A DNA stretch of 29,653 bases from a virus. Taxonomy: Duplodnaviria > Caudoviricetes. Location: positions 1 to 29,653 of the IMG/VR virus record IMGVR_UViG_3300005512_000233; one strand, given 5' to 3'. This document shows, piece after piece, positions 11,657 to 21,909 of this stretch. The notes beneath the pieces are model-generated. The model saw nothing but the letters and a program-made list of their open reading frames with translations. It did not search any database and was not told the origin of the DNA. A program made the position numbers and the translations under genes. Position 1 is the first letter of the stretch, and each line of letters opens with the position of its first letter.

Positions 11657-13192
11657 ATGTCTGCGATTATAACAGATCAATTTAGAATATTGAGTGCTGA
11701 AAATTTTATATTATCAATAGGATCAACTGCAAATTCATATTATTCATTTGTTGGTCTTACAAATTCAACTGATTATAGTCAAACTTGGGAACAATCACCA
11801 CCAACTCCGCTAGATTCATTTGATAATTTTCACGATGTTTGGGATACTATTATTGCATTAAAAAAAATTAATACTGATGATGTGAGACAAGTTATTAGAA
11901 GAATTGATTGGGAATCTGGTGTTACTTATGATATGTATCGTCATAATATAAGTAGAAATAATTTATCAAAACCTTCAAATAAAACTAATTTATATGAATC
12001 TAATTACTATGTAATGAACAGTAATTATCAGGTTTATATTTGCTTAAGTAATGGAACTGATCCAGAAAATCCTGAAGGTAGGCCATCTATTGATGAACCA
12101 ACATTTATTGATTTAGAACCAAGAAGTGCTGGATCTAGTGGTGATGGTTACTTATGGAAATATCTTTATACTATAAATCCAAATGATTTGATTAAGTTTG
12201 ACTCAATTTCATATATACCAGTTCCTTCTAACTGGAGTTCAAATTCAAATGTAGCAAGTATTCGTAATAACGCAAATTCTCAAAGTAGTGGGCAACTAAA
12301 AGTCGCATTAATAAGTGATAGGGGTAGTGGTTTAGGAGTTTTTAGGTCATATACAAATATTCCAATCGTAGGAGATGGTACTGGAGCAGAAGCAACCATA
12401 GTTGTTGGAAATGATTCAACAGTTGAATCAATAAACATTACTAGTGGGGGAAGTGGATATACTTATGGTACTGTTGATTTAGAATCTGCAGGAATTACAG
12501 GTGACCAATTACCAGTATTTGAGATTATAATTCCACCTGATGGTGGTCACGGTTTCAATATCTATAAAGAACTTGGTGCTAAAAATGTTTTAGTGTATTC
12601 AAGAATTGAGAATGATAATTTAAATCCAGATTTTATTACTGGAAATAAAATTGCTAGAGTTGGTATTATTAAAAATCCAACATCTTTTGGAACAACATCA
12701 ATACTTGCTGCTCAAAAGGTCAGTAATACTTATGCAATAAAACTTACAGGTAATATTGAAACTGCATCATTTTCTCCAAATTCTACAATCACTCAAACTA
12801 TCGGAATTAGTACTGCTTTTGGAAAAGTAGTTTCTTATGATAATAGAACTGGAGTTTTAAAATATTGGCAGGATAGATCAATAGTTGGATTTTCAACGGG
12901 ATCTAGTGTTCAATCATTAATTCCAGAATATGGATATAATTTAATCAGATTCTCATCTTCTGGTGGTCAAATTAATGGCGAATCCAATAATCTATCAATT
13001 GATACTGGATTCACTGGTATAAGCACTACCATAAATAGTATGACATATAATTTGGGTCAATATTTTACTAATGGTCTTTCAAATCCAGAGGTTCAAAAAT
13101 ACTCTGGTGATATGATTTATATTGATAACAGACCTTCTATTACTAGATCTGTTAATCAAAAAGAAGATATTAAAGTAATTTTACAATTCTAA
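11657..13192 (+). CDS. gp8: Baseplate wedge subunit gp8
   Basis: MSAIITDQFRI start, RRIDWESG..YDMYRH, YYVMNS.YQVYICL.NG, DGYLWKYLYTI and the C-terminal SGDMIYIDNRPSITRS..QKEDIKVILQF are characteristic of cyanophage gp8. Length is 511 aa. Confidence 0.9.
   Translation: MSAIITDQFRILSAENFILSIGSTANSYYSFVGLTNSTDYSQTWEQSPPTPLDSFDNFHDVWDTIIALKKINTDDVRQVIRRIDWESGVTYDMYRHNISRNNLSKPSNKTNLYESNYYVMNSNYQVYICLSNGTDPENPEGRPSIDEPTFIDLEPRSAGSSGDGYLWKYLYTINPNDLIKFDSISYIPVPSNWSSNSNVASIRNNANSQSSGQLKVALISDRGSGLGVFRSYTNIPIVGDGTGAEATIVVGNDSTVESINITSGGSGYTYGTVDLESAGITGDQLPVFEIIIPPDGGHGFNIYKELGAKNVLVYSRIENDNLNPDFITGNKIARVGIIKNPTSFGTTSILAAQKVSNTYAIKLTGNIETASFSPNSTITQTIGISTAFGKVVSYDNRTGVLKYWQDRSIVGFSTGSSVQSLIPEYGYNLIRFSSSGGQINGESNNLSIDTGFTGISTTINSMTYNLGQYFTNGLSNPEVQKYSGDMIYIDNRPSITRSVNQKEDIKVILQF
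13030..13037 (+). promoter_or_regulatory. Possible internal late promoter in the 3' end of gp8, serving the VrlC-like gene
   Basis: CATAAATA about 165 nt before the next ATG. The intergenic gap itself (8 nt) has no room for a promoter. Could be chance in AT-rich DNA. Confidence 0.3.
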
Positions 13193-13200
13193 CTAGAATT

Positions 13201-16200
13201 ATGCCACAGGAAACTAATTTCAACGTATCTCCATATTTTGATGATTTTGAAAAAAATGATAATTATTATAGGGTTTTATTTAAACCTGGATATCCAATAC
13301 AGGCAAGAGAATTAACAACTTTACAGTCAATTTTACAAAACCAAATTGAACAATTTGGGTCTCATTTTTTTAAAGAAGGTGCGAAAGTTATTCCTGGGCA
13401 GTTAAAATATAATAGTAATTTTTATTGCGTTGAAATAAATGATGATTTTTCTGGTATACCAGTATCATTATATCTTGATAATTTAGTAGGAATTAAAATA
13501 TATGGAAGAAGTTCTGGAGTAAGAGCTAAAATTGTAAAAGTTTTAAATTCTAGTGAATCAGAAAGAAATAATATTACTTTATATCTAGATTATTTAGAAT
13601 CATCGTCAAATGATTTTTCAAAAAGAGAATTTTTAGATAATGAAGTTCTAGTTACAGAAGAACCAATACAATTTGGATCCACTTTCATATCATCTGGAGA
13701 AGGATTTGCATCAACTATTTCAAACAACTCAACTTCTACTGGATCAGCTTTTGCAGTATCAAATGGTGTTTATTTTATTAGAGGTACTTTTGTTGAAGTT
13801 TCAGATCAAATATTAATTTTGGATCAATATACTAATAAACCAAGTTACAGAGTAGGTTTATTGATAAGTGAAGAAATAATAACTTCAGATACTGATGAAA
13901 ATCTAACAGATAATGCTCAAGGTTATAACAATTATTCAGCACCTGGAGCAGATAGATTAAAAATTACTGCTACGTTATTTAAAAAAGATATTAATGACTT
14001 TGATAATACTTCTTTTGTTCAGTTAGCTACTGTTCAGAACGGTATTTTGAGAGAAATTAATAATAATACAGAATACAATATTCTTGGAGATGAACTAGCA
14101 AGAAGAACGTTTGATGAATCTGGACATTATTATGTAAAATCATTTACAACATATTGTAAAGAGAGTTTAAATGACGGAATCGGTAATGGTGGTATATTTA
14201 ATCAGGGAGAACTTACTTATGATGGGTCAGTTCCTAGTGATGATCTAATTGTTTATAAAGTAAGTCCAGGAAAAGCATATGTAAAGGGATATGAAGTTGA
14301 CTTTCAAGGGCCAACTTTTATTGATGCACCAAAACCAAGAACAACAAAAATCGTAGAGAACCAAGCAATCAACATTGGTTTTGGTCCAACTTTATCTGTT
14401 AATACTGTATTTGGATCCCCTTTAATTGGCGTTAGTACTTCTACAACATTAAGTCTTAGAGATGAAAGAATTGGTATTGGATCTGCTACAGCAGCAGGAA
14501 ATGAAATTGGAATAGCAAGAGTTTATGATTTTGTATTGGAGCAGGGTGGATATGATGTTCCAGATTTAAATACAAATTCTTGGGATTTAACACTGTTTGA
14601 TGTACAAACTTATTCAACTGCAACTTTGAACGAAGCAGTAACATTAACAATCCCCACACACATTATTGGTGAAAGTACAGGAGCAACTGGATATTTAAAA
14701 TCTGCAGTATCTTCTGGAAGTACAATTACAATATATCAAATTAATGGAGAATTTTCAGAAAAAGAAAATCTAATATTTAGTGATGCAAATCCTGATCAAA
14801 ATTCTAGGTATATAAAGAATATAAAGAATTACAAAATATCAGATATAAAATCTATATTTTCAAATACAGGTATTGGTACATTTTCTGCTAATACTGCTCA
14901 ATCAGATTCTACTTTTATAGGAAATGCTACTATAAGTGCTTCTAGTGGTGGTATATCAACAGTTACTGTAAATGGACTTAATATTTCTGGAATAGTAACT
15001 TCTGGAAATTTGGTAAAATATACACAACCTGGAATATCAACAATATCATATGCAAGAGTTTCTTCAGTTTCATACGAATCTAGAGAATTTGAAATTTCAT
15101 CAGTTCCAAGTGTATCAAGTTTAGTTTATGGCAATTTACCTAATTCAGAAATAAATCCCAACAACTTAACTATATTATCAACTAAACTTCAAACAAGTGG
15201 TGATAGTGGGAATATCTCAGATAATGATTCATTATTTAGTGTTTTTCCGAAAAGAAATATTAATACTGTAGATTTACAAGATTCTGAATTAATCATAAGA
15301 AAGCAGTTTAGTAGTGGAGATGTAAGTATTACCTCTGGGTCAACAAATTGGATTTCAGCAGGGGATAATGAAGTATTTTTACCATTTGATGAAGAAAGAT
15401 ATATTCTAATTAGAAGTGATGGTACTTTAGAAACTTTAACATCAGATAGATTTGAATCACAATCAGGATCTACTCAAATCAGATTTAATAATCTTGGATC
15501 AAATGATTCAAATTGTATTTTGATTGCGACATTAAGAAAAAGAAATTTAAAATCAAAAACAAAAAGAAAGAAAATTGTAGATAGTATTATTGTAAATAAG
15601 TCTTCTAGTGTTTCTTCCGGAACTGGCAGTACAACCTTAAATGATGGATTAATTTATGGCAATTATCCTTATGGAACAAGAGTTCAAGATAGAGAAGTAT
15701 GTTTAAATTACCCAGATATAAATCTTCTTTATGGAGTTTTTGAGTCTAACAATACTTCTGATCCACAAATCCCAAATGCTACTATTGGTTCAATGGACGG
15801 ACCATCTTCAACAACTAATGATTTAATTATAGGTGAAACTTTAACTGGAAGTATAAGCGGTGCAAAAGCTTTATATGCAGAAAGAAAAACAGATACATCT
15901 ATAGGTTATGTTTATGAAAATAATTCTAGATTTATTAATGGGGAAATTGTTGAATTTTCACAATCAAATGTTAGAGGAATTGTAGGATCAATTAATCCAG
16001 GAAGTAAAAATGTAACAGACTCATATACTTTAAGTACTGGTCAAAAATCAACATATTACGATTATTCAAGATTAATAAGAAATTCAAGTTCAGAAGAACC
16101 TAAGAGAAAACTAAAAGTAGTTTTTATGAGAGGATATTATGATAATTCAGATACTGGAGATATTACAACTGCAAATTCGTATAATACTTTTAATTATAAG

Positions 16201-19200
16201 ACGGAAATATCTTCAATTTCTGAATATAGAAATACTGATATTGTAGATTTTAGACCAAGAGTTGCTGATTATGTTGTATCTGAGAATAAAAGATCTCCTT
16301 TTGAGTTTGATGGTAGATCCTTTGATCACACTAGACATAGTGCAAAAAATATTGCATCATCAGATGAGTCAATTTCTATTACATATAACTATTATCTCCC
16401 AAGAATTGATAGGATATATTTAAACAAAGATAAGAGTTTTTCCGTAAAATATGGAAATCCTTCTGATATACCCACCTTACCAGAAGAAGTTTCTGGTGCG
16501 ATGAATATTGCAAATATATATCTACCACCATACTTATATAATTCATCTGATGCACAGATTGAATTTGTTCAACATAAAAGATATCAAATGAGAGATATTT
16601 TTAATCTTGAGAGAAGATTAAAATCTCTAGAAAATTACACTACATTATCTTTATTGGAAACTAATACTCAAAATTTATTTGTTGATGACGGAACAGGGTT
16701 GAATAGATTTAAATCCGGTTTCTATGTAGATAATTTTTCTAGTCTATTAACTCAGAATTTAAAAGTAGGTGTTAAAAATAGTATTGATACTAAAAAAGGA
16801 GAACTTAGACCATCTCACTATACTACAAATTTAAAATTAGAAGTTGGAAATAATACAATTGCTGGTATTGGATCAACAGTTCAAGAAAATGATGATAAAA
16901 AATTCTCAGATATTGTTGGATCAAATATAAAAAGAAGTGGTGATGTTATTTCTCTTGATTATAGTGATACAAGTTGGCTAAAACAACCTTTTGCAACAAG
17001 AACTGAAAATGTAACTCCATTTTTTGTTAAACTTTGGGAAGGTTCTATTGAATTATATCCAACAGTAGATGTTTGGATTGATACAAATAGAATGGAAATT
17101 AATAATGTAGATATGGAGGGATCTTTCTTAGGAGTTGCTGAATCTTTAAGAGCAGAAATTTCAACAAATGAAGATGGTGATAGACTAGGTGTTAGTCCTG
17201 TAATTTGGAAATCTTGGGAAACTTCAGGTATAGATTTAAATAAAAGAACAGAAGTTAATAGTTCATCTTCAACAAGTACTAATACTTCTAGAAGCACTAG
17301 TAACAGAGCTGGAACTGCTTCCGAGTTTACAAGGTTTACTGGTCTATCTGCAGCAAATGGTGTTCCTACAACTTTCCGTGTTGGTGAAGAAAGAGAAAGA
17401 AGAACTAGAACAAGAACTACTGTAACTACAACTAATGAATTCTTAGACCTTAGACTTGATCAGCAAAGATCTGGAACACAATATACTGTAAATGAACAGA
17501 TTGATACAGAATCTTTTGGAGATAGGGTTGTAAGTAGGGATATTATTACATTTATGAGATCTAGAAATATTGAATTTACATCTAGACGAATGAAACCATT
17601 TACACAAGTATATCCATTTTTTGATGGTGTAAATGTATCAGATTTTTGCTTTAGTAAATTAATTGAAATTGAAATGTCTACTGGAACATTTCAAGTTGGA
17701 GAAACTGTTGTTGGTACTATAAATGGTCAATCTTTAGTAAGATTTAGAGTTGCACAATCAAATCATAAATATGGACCATATAATAATCCAACTACAACAT
17801 TTGATAGAAATCCTTATGATAGGGAAAATAGAATTCCTGAAACGTATTCATCAACGAGTACAATATTAAATGTTGATACTTATTCACTTTCAGATGAATC
17901 TAGTACTGGATTTAATGGTATTGTTAGCAATGGAATGAGTCTTAGAGGTTTATCATCAGGAGCAGAAGCTACTGTTTCTGATGTTAGACTTATCACTGAT
18001 AGAGTCGGTACACTTATTGGATCTTATGATGTTCCATCTGGAGTTCAAGGAGATCCTCAATTTGAAACTGGTAGATCAAGATTTAGATTAACAAGTAGTT
18101 CATCAAATTCTCAAGTTCCAGGTGTTGTAACAACAGTTGCAGAAGAAACTTTTTATTCACAAGGAGATACTGATAATACTCAAGAAGTTACTTTATCACT
18201 AAGAAATGCTAGAGTTGAAGTTGATGATAGTTTTAGACAAACAAGATCATTATCAGATAGTACTTTATTAGATTCTACCACTACTGTAAGTAGAAGTAGA
18301 CAAACTTTATCTGATAATACCAGATTATCTGGAGAATATGTTGACCCATTAGCACAATCATTTTTAGTTGATGATACTACTGGAATTTTTGTAACAAAAC
18401 TTGATATTTATTTCAGAACAAAAGATGATACTTTACCAGTTGCAATTCAAATAAGAGAAGTTGAGCTTGGAACACCGAGTCAAAAAATATTACCATTCTC
18501 TGAAGTTGAACTCACCCCAGATAAAATTAATTTGTCTGAAGATGCTTCTATACCGACTACATTTACATTTGAATCTCCAGTATATTTGGAACCTCAAAGA
18601 GAATACGCTGTTGTAGTATTATCAAATTCTAATGAGTATAATGTATGGATTTCTAGGCTTGGAGAACCTGATGTAGCAACTTTAGGATCCGAACAAAATC
18701 AGTTCTTAGTAACAACTCAAAGACTATTAGGATCATTATTCAAATCTCAAAATGCATCAACTTGGACTCCAAGTCAGTATGAGGATCTTACATTTGAACT
18801 ATACAGAGCAAACTTTGAAACTTCTGGATTTACTCAATTGTTTAATTCAAATCTTCCAGAAACTCTTGAAGTAATGACTAAAGACCCACTAACAATAATA
18901 TCAAACAAAGTTCGTGTATCTTTATCCTCAACTATTACGAATAATGAACTAGTAATAGGAAATACAATAACTCAAAATCCTACTGGATTTGCAACTGTAA
19001 CAGGAAATCTTGTTGGTTATGCAGGAAGTGCATTTAACACGCTTGGAGTTGTAAACTCTGGTGTTGGATATACTCCATCATCTGGAAGTTTTACTTACAC
19101 TGGAGTTGCTTTAACTAGTATTACAGGATCTGGAATAAATGCAACTGCAAATATCACTATATCTAATGGTGGAGTAGTTTCTTCAGGAGCTACTATAGTT

Positions 19201-20802
19201 AATGGTGGAAGCGGGTATGTAGTTGGTGATGTATTAGAACCAATATCAATTGGTAATCAAAATCTTGGAATTGGTATGAGACTAAGTGTTTCCAGTATTT
19301 TAGGTAAAAACGAACTTATTATTGATAATATTCAAGGGGAATTTAGTACTTCACCATCAGATCCTATTAAGTTCGTTAATAATTCTGGATTAACAACTGA
19401 TTTTAGTAATGATGGATCTGAACTATCAATAAGTTCTTTAAATGTTAAATCAGATGGTGAACATATAAAAGTGTTTCATAGAAATCACGGAATGCACTCA
19501 TCATCAAATACCGTAACCATAAGAGATATTAAATCTGATATTGATCTAATTCAATTAACATCACAATATCCAAGTGCATCTGGATCTGAAACAACTTTAT
19601 TTGTTTCTAATACTACAGAGTTCTCTACTTTTGAAGGAATACAAGTCTCTGCAAGTAATCCAGGATATGTAAAGATGTTTGATGAAATTTTAAGTTATAC
19701 TGGAACAACTGCAACAACTTTAACAGGAGTATCTAGGGAAATTGATGATACTAAAGGATTTAATTATTCAGTTGGTGATTTTGTTGAAAAATATGAATTA
19801 GGAGGAGTTTCTTTAAGAAGAATTAATACAAATCATAATTTGTCTGATGTTAGTAATATCATCAATGAACCAATCGGAGTTAATTACTATCACATAAAAC
19901 TTAATATGTCTTCAAATGGAGTTGATAGAAGTGTGAATACTGGATTCGGTAAACTAAAAATTAATGAGACTAAAAAATCTGGAGGATCTGGAGGAAAAGC
20001 AACTTATAATATTCCATTTGAAATGATTATTCCAAATATAAGACAAACTGCACCAACTGGAACAAGTATTAAGTCTGCAGTTAGGACTATAAGTGGAACT
20101 AGTCTAGATGGAAATGAAATTTCTTTTGTAGATCAAGGATTCCAGGATATAACAAATAGTTCTATAAATTACTTTGACTCTCCTAGAATTATTGCTTCTA
20201 AAATAAATGAAACAAATTATTTAAATGATCTACCTGGAAATAAATCATTTAATGTGAATCTATTTTTAAGTACATCCGACTCTAGAATTAGTCCTACTGT
20301 TGATCTTTCAAATAATAGTGTTGTTTTAACTAGTAATCGTGTAAATAGTCCAATTTCAAATTATGCTAATGACTCAAGAGTTAACAATTTAGAAAATGAT
20401 CCAAATATATTCACATACGTTTCAAACACTATTTTATTGGAAAATTCTGCTTCTTCAATTAAAGTTATACTTGATGCTTATTTACATAATGATTCTGATA
20501 TTAGAGCATTATATTCAGTAGGTGAAAATAATGATAATTTTGTTTTATTCCCTGGTTATTCAAATATAGATACTAACGGATCTATTATTGACCCAAGAAA
20601 TAATAATGGAAGTCCAGATTTAAAAATTGTGAAACAAGATAGATTTTTAAATGAACCTTTACCGAATGATTTTAGGGAGTATACATTTACAGTAGATAAT
20701 CTATCATCTTTCAAACAATTTAGAATTAAATTAGTTGGTACGAGTAAAAATCAAGCATATGTTCCAATTATAAGAAATCTTAGAGTTATTGCTTTAGCAT
20801 AA
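13201..20802 (+). CDS. Giant virion structural protein, VrlC-like / DUF4815-type (2533 aa)
   Basis: N-terminal NFNVSPYFDDF...YYRVLFKPGYPIQARELTTLQSILQNQIE and APGADRLKI; central YYLPRIDRI, KRYQMRDI and RFKSGFYVDNF; DPLAQSF..., GSLFKSQNASTWTPSQYEDL; C-terminal P.IRNLRVIALA. This is its usual position after gp8 in T4-like cyanophages. Confidence 0.8.
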   Translation: MPQETNFNVSPYFDDFEKNDNYYRVLFKPGYPIQARELTTLQSILQNQIEQFGSHFFKEGAKVIPGQLKYNSNFYCVEINDDFSGIPVSLYLDNLVGIKIYGRSSGVRAKIVKVLNSSESERNNITLYLDYLESSSNDFSKREFLDNEVLVTEEPIQFGSTFISSGEGFASTISNNSTSTGSAFAVSNGVYFIRGTFVEVSDQILILDQYTNKPSYRVGLLISEEIITSDTDENLTDNAQGYNNYSAPGADRLKITATLFKKDINDFDNTSFVQLATVQNGILREINNNTEYNILGDELARRTFDESGHYYVKSFTTYCKESLNDGIGNGGIFNQGELTYDGSVPSDDLIVYKVSPGKAYVKGYEVDFQGPTFIDAPKPRTTKIVENQAINIGFGPTLSVNTVFGSPLIGVSTSTTLSLRDERIGIGSATAAGNEIGIARVYDFVLEQGGYDVPDLNTNSWDLTLFDVQTYSTATLNEAVTLTIPTHIIGESTGATGYLKSAVSSGSTITIYQINGEFSEKENLIFSDANPDQNSRYIKNIKNYKISDIKSIFSNTGIGTFSANTAQSDSTFIGNATISASSGGISTVTVNGLNISGIVTSGNLVKYTQPGISTISYARVSSVSYESREFEISSVPSVSSLVYGNLPNSEINPNNLTILSTKLQTSGDSGNISDNDSLFSVFPKRNINTVDLQDSELIIRKQFSSGDVSITSGSTNWISAGDNEVFLPFDEERYILIRSDGTLETLTSDRFESQSGSTQIRFNNLGSNDSNCILIATLRKRNLKSKTKRKKIVDSIIVNKSSSVSSGTGSTTLNDGLIYGNYPYGTRVQDREVCLNYPDINLLYGVFESNNTSDPQIPNATIGSMDGPSSTTNDLIIGETLTGSISGAKALYAERKTDTSIGYVYENNSRFINGEIVEFSQSNVRGIVGSINPGSKNVTDSYTLSTGQKSTYYDYSRLIRNSSSEEPKRKLKVVFMRGYYDNSDTGDITTANSYNTFNYKTEISSISEYRNTDIVDFRPRVADYVVSENKRSPFEFDGRSFDHTRHSAKNIASSDESISITYNYYLPRIDRIYLNKDKSFSVKYGNPSDIPTLPEEVSGAMNIANIYLPPYLYNSSDAQIEFVQHKRYQMRDIFNLERRLKSLENYTTLSLLETNTQNLFVDDGTGLNRFKSGFYVDNFSSLLTQNLKVGVKNSIDTKKGELRPSHYTTNLKLEVGNNTIAGIGSTVQENDDKKFSDIVGSNIKRSGDVISLDYSDTSWLKQPFATRTENVTPFFVKLWEGSIELYPTVDVWIDTNRMEINNVDMEGSFLGVAESLRAEISTNEDGDRLGVSPVIWKSWETSGIDLNKRTEVNSSSSTSTNTSRSTSNRAGTASEFTRFTGLSAANGVPTTFRVGEERERRTRTRTTVTTTNEFLDLRLDQQRSGTQYTVNEQIDTESFGDRVVSRDIITFMRSRNIEFTSRRMKPFTQVYPFFDGVNVSDFCFSKLIEIEMSTGTFQVGETVVGTINGQSLVRFRVAQSNHKYGPYNNPTTTFDRNPYDRENRIPETYSSTSTILNVDTYSLSDESSTGFNGIVSNGMSLRGLSSGAEATVSDVRLITDRVGTLIGSYDVPSGVQGDPQFETGRSRFRLTSSSSNSQVPGVVTTVAEETFYSQGDTDNTQEVTLSLRNARVEVDDSFRQTRSLSDSTLLDSTTTVSRSRQTLSDNTRLSGEYVDPLAQSFLVDDTTGIFVTKLDIYFRTKDDTLPVAIQIREVELGTPSQKILPFSEVELTPDKINLSEDASIPTTFTFESPVYLEPQREYAVVVLSNSNEYNVWISRLGEPDVATLGSEQNQFLVTTQRLLGSLFKSQNASTWTPSQYEDLTFELYRANFETSGFTQLFNSNLPETLEVMTKDPLTIISNKVRVSLSSTITNNELVIGNTITQNPTGFATVTGNLVGYAGSAFNTLGVVNSGVGYTPSSGSFTYTGVALTSITGSGINATANITISNGGVVSSGATIVNGGSGYVVGDVLEPISIGNQNLGIGMRLSVSSILGKNELIIDNIQGEFSTSPSDPIKFVNNSGLTTDFSNDGSELSISSLNVKSDGEHIKVFHRNHGMHSSSNTVTIRDIKSDIDLIQLTSQYPSASGSETTLFVSNTTEFSTFEGIQVSASNPGYVKMFDEILSYTGTTATTLTGVSREIDDTKGFNYSVGDFVEKYELGGVSLRRINTNHNLSDVSNIINEPIGVNYYHIKLNMSSNGVDRSVNTGFGKLKINETKKSGGSGGKATYNIPFEMIIPNIRQTAPTGTSIKSAVRTISGTSLDGNEISFVDQGFQDITNSSINYFDSPRIIASKINETNYLNDLPGNKSFNVNLFLSTSDSRISPTVDLSNNSVVLTSNRVNSPISNYANDSRVNNLENDPNIFTYVSNTILLENSASSIKVILDAYLHNDSDIRALYSVGENNDNFVLFPGYSNIDTNGSIIDPRNNNGSPDLKIVKQDRFLNEPLPNDFREYTFTVDNLSSFKQFRIKLVGTSKNQAYVPIIRNLRVIALA

Positions 20803-20803
20803 A

Positions 20804-21025
20804 ATGAGTTTATTACCAGTAGAAGGTCAACCAGGTCTTTATAGAGACACTAAATCAAATGCAATTGTAAACAGTAATACTATGGAGTATGAAAATTATG
20901 TAAAACAAAGAAATGCTAGACAAACAAAAAATGTAAAAATTGAACAACTTGAAAGTGAAATGCATCAAATAAAAGATGATCTTTTTGAAATTAAAACACT
21001 ATTAAAATCTTTTATTGAGAAATAA
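20804..21025 (+). CDS. Small hypothetical protein with C-terminal coiled coil
   Basis: Starts 1 nt after the upstream stop. V.G...LYRD..SNAIVN N-terminus and a heptad-like C-terminus (IEQLESEMHQIKDDLFEIKTLL) resemble the small ORF commonly found before gp13 in T4-like cyanophages. Confidence 0.75.
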   Translation: MSLLPVEGQPGLYRDTKSNAIVNSNTMEYENYVKQRNARQTKNVKIEQLESEMHQIKDDLFEIKTLLKSFIEK

Positions 21026-21062
21026 ACATACATAATAATATAGAAGGTATTTTATACATAAA

Positions 21063-21905
21063 ATGGCTCAACCATCAACAAGACAGGAACTAATAGATTA
21101 CTGTAAAAGGAAATTAGGAGCACCTGTTCTTGAGATTAATGTCGCAGATGAGCAAATTGAAGATTTGGTAGATGATGCTGTTCAATTTTTTCAAGAAAGA
21201 CATTTTGATGGAGTTGCACAAACTTACTTAAAATATCAAATTACTCAAGATGATATTGATAGAGGAAGAGCAGTTGGTTCATCTGGAGTTGGGATTGCTT
21301 CAACTAGTGCAACAACAAATATAGAGGGAACCAATACAACATTTAATTATTATGAAACAAGTAATTACTTACAAGTTCCAAATCACATAATTGGGGTCAA
21401 TAAAATATACCAATTTGAAGGATCTAATAGTTTATCCAGTGGAATGTTTAGCATTAAGTATCAATTATTTTTAAATGATATTTATTACTGGGGTTCTACT
21501 GAATTATTAACATATTCAATGGTTAAGTCATATCTTGAAGATATTAATTTCTTACTTACAACACAAAAACAAATAAGATTTAATAAGAGGGAAGATAGAC
21601 TGTACTTAGATATTGATTGGTCGTCTTTGAGAGTTGGAGAATATTTAATTATAGATTGCTATAGAGCACTAGATCCATCTTCATATAGTCAAGTATGGAA
21701 TGATTCATTTCTTAAACTATACTTAACATCTCTTATAAAAAGGCAATGGGGTCAAAATCTAATTAAATTCCAAGGTGTTAAACTTCCTGGAGGAGTTGAA
21801 TTTAATGGAAGACAAATATATGAAGATGGACAAAAGGAAATTGATGATATTATGGAAAAAATGTCTAGTACATATGAACTTCCGCCGTTAGATATGATTG
21901 GTTAA
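21063..21905 (+). CDS. gp13: Neck protein gp13 (head-tail adaptor)
   Basis: P.TRQELIDYCKRKLGAPVLEINVADEQIEDLVDDA.Q.F.ERHFDG and KRQWGQNLIKFQGVKLPGGV.FNG, ending PPLDMIG. Confidence 0.95.
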   Translation: MAQPSTRQELIDYCKRKLGAPVLEINVADEQIEDLVDDAVQFFQERHFDGVAQTYLKYQITQDDIDRGRAVGSSGVGIASTSATTNIEGTNTTFNYYETSNYLQVPNHIIGVNKIYQFEGSNSLSSGMFSIKYQLFLNDIYYWGSTELLTYSMVKSYLEDINFLLTTQKQIRFNKREDRLYLDIDWSSLRVGEYLIIDCYRALDPSSYSQVWNDSFLKLYLTSLIKRQWGQNLIKFQGVKLPGGVEFNGRQIYEDGQKEIDDIMEKMSSTYELPPLDMIG

Positions 21906-21909
21906 GAAT

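Noticed and set aside
1739-17297. Small alternative-frame or antisense ORFs (1739-1936, 2169-2393, 2973-3290, 7970-8161, 10703-10888, 16959-17297)
   Set aside because: All lie fully inside long conserved structural genes and have no recognisable motifs; they are shadow ORFs.
21021-21062. Possible late promoter before gp13 (AATAAACA / CATACATA)
   Set aside because: Only one-mismatch variants of ATAAATA in very AT-rich DNA; not supportable.
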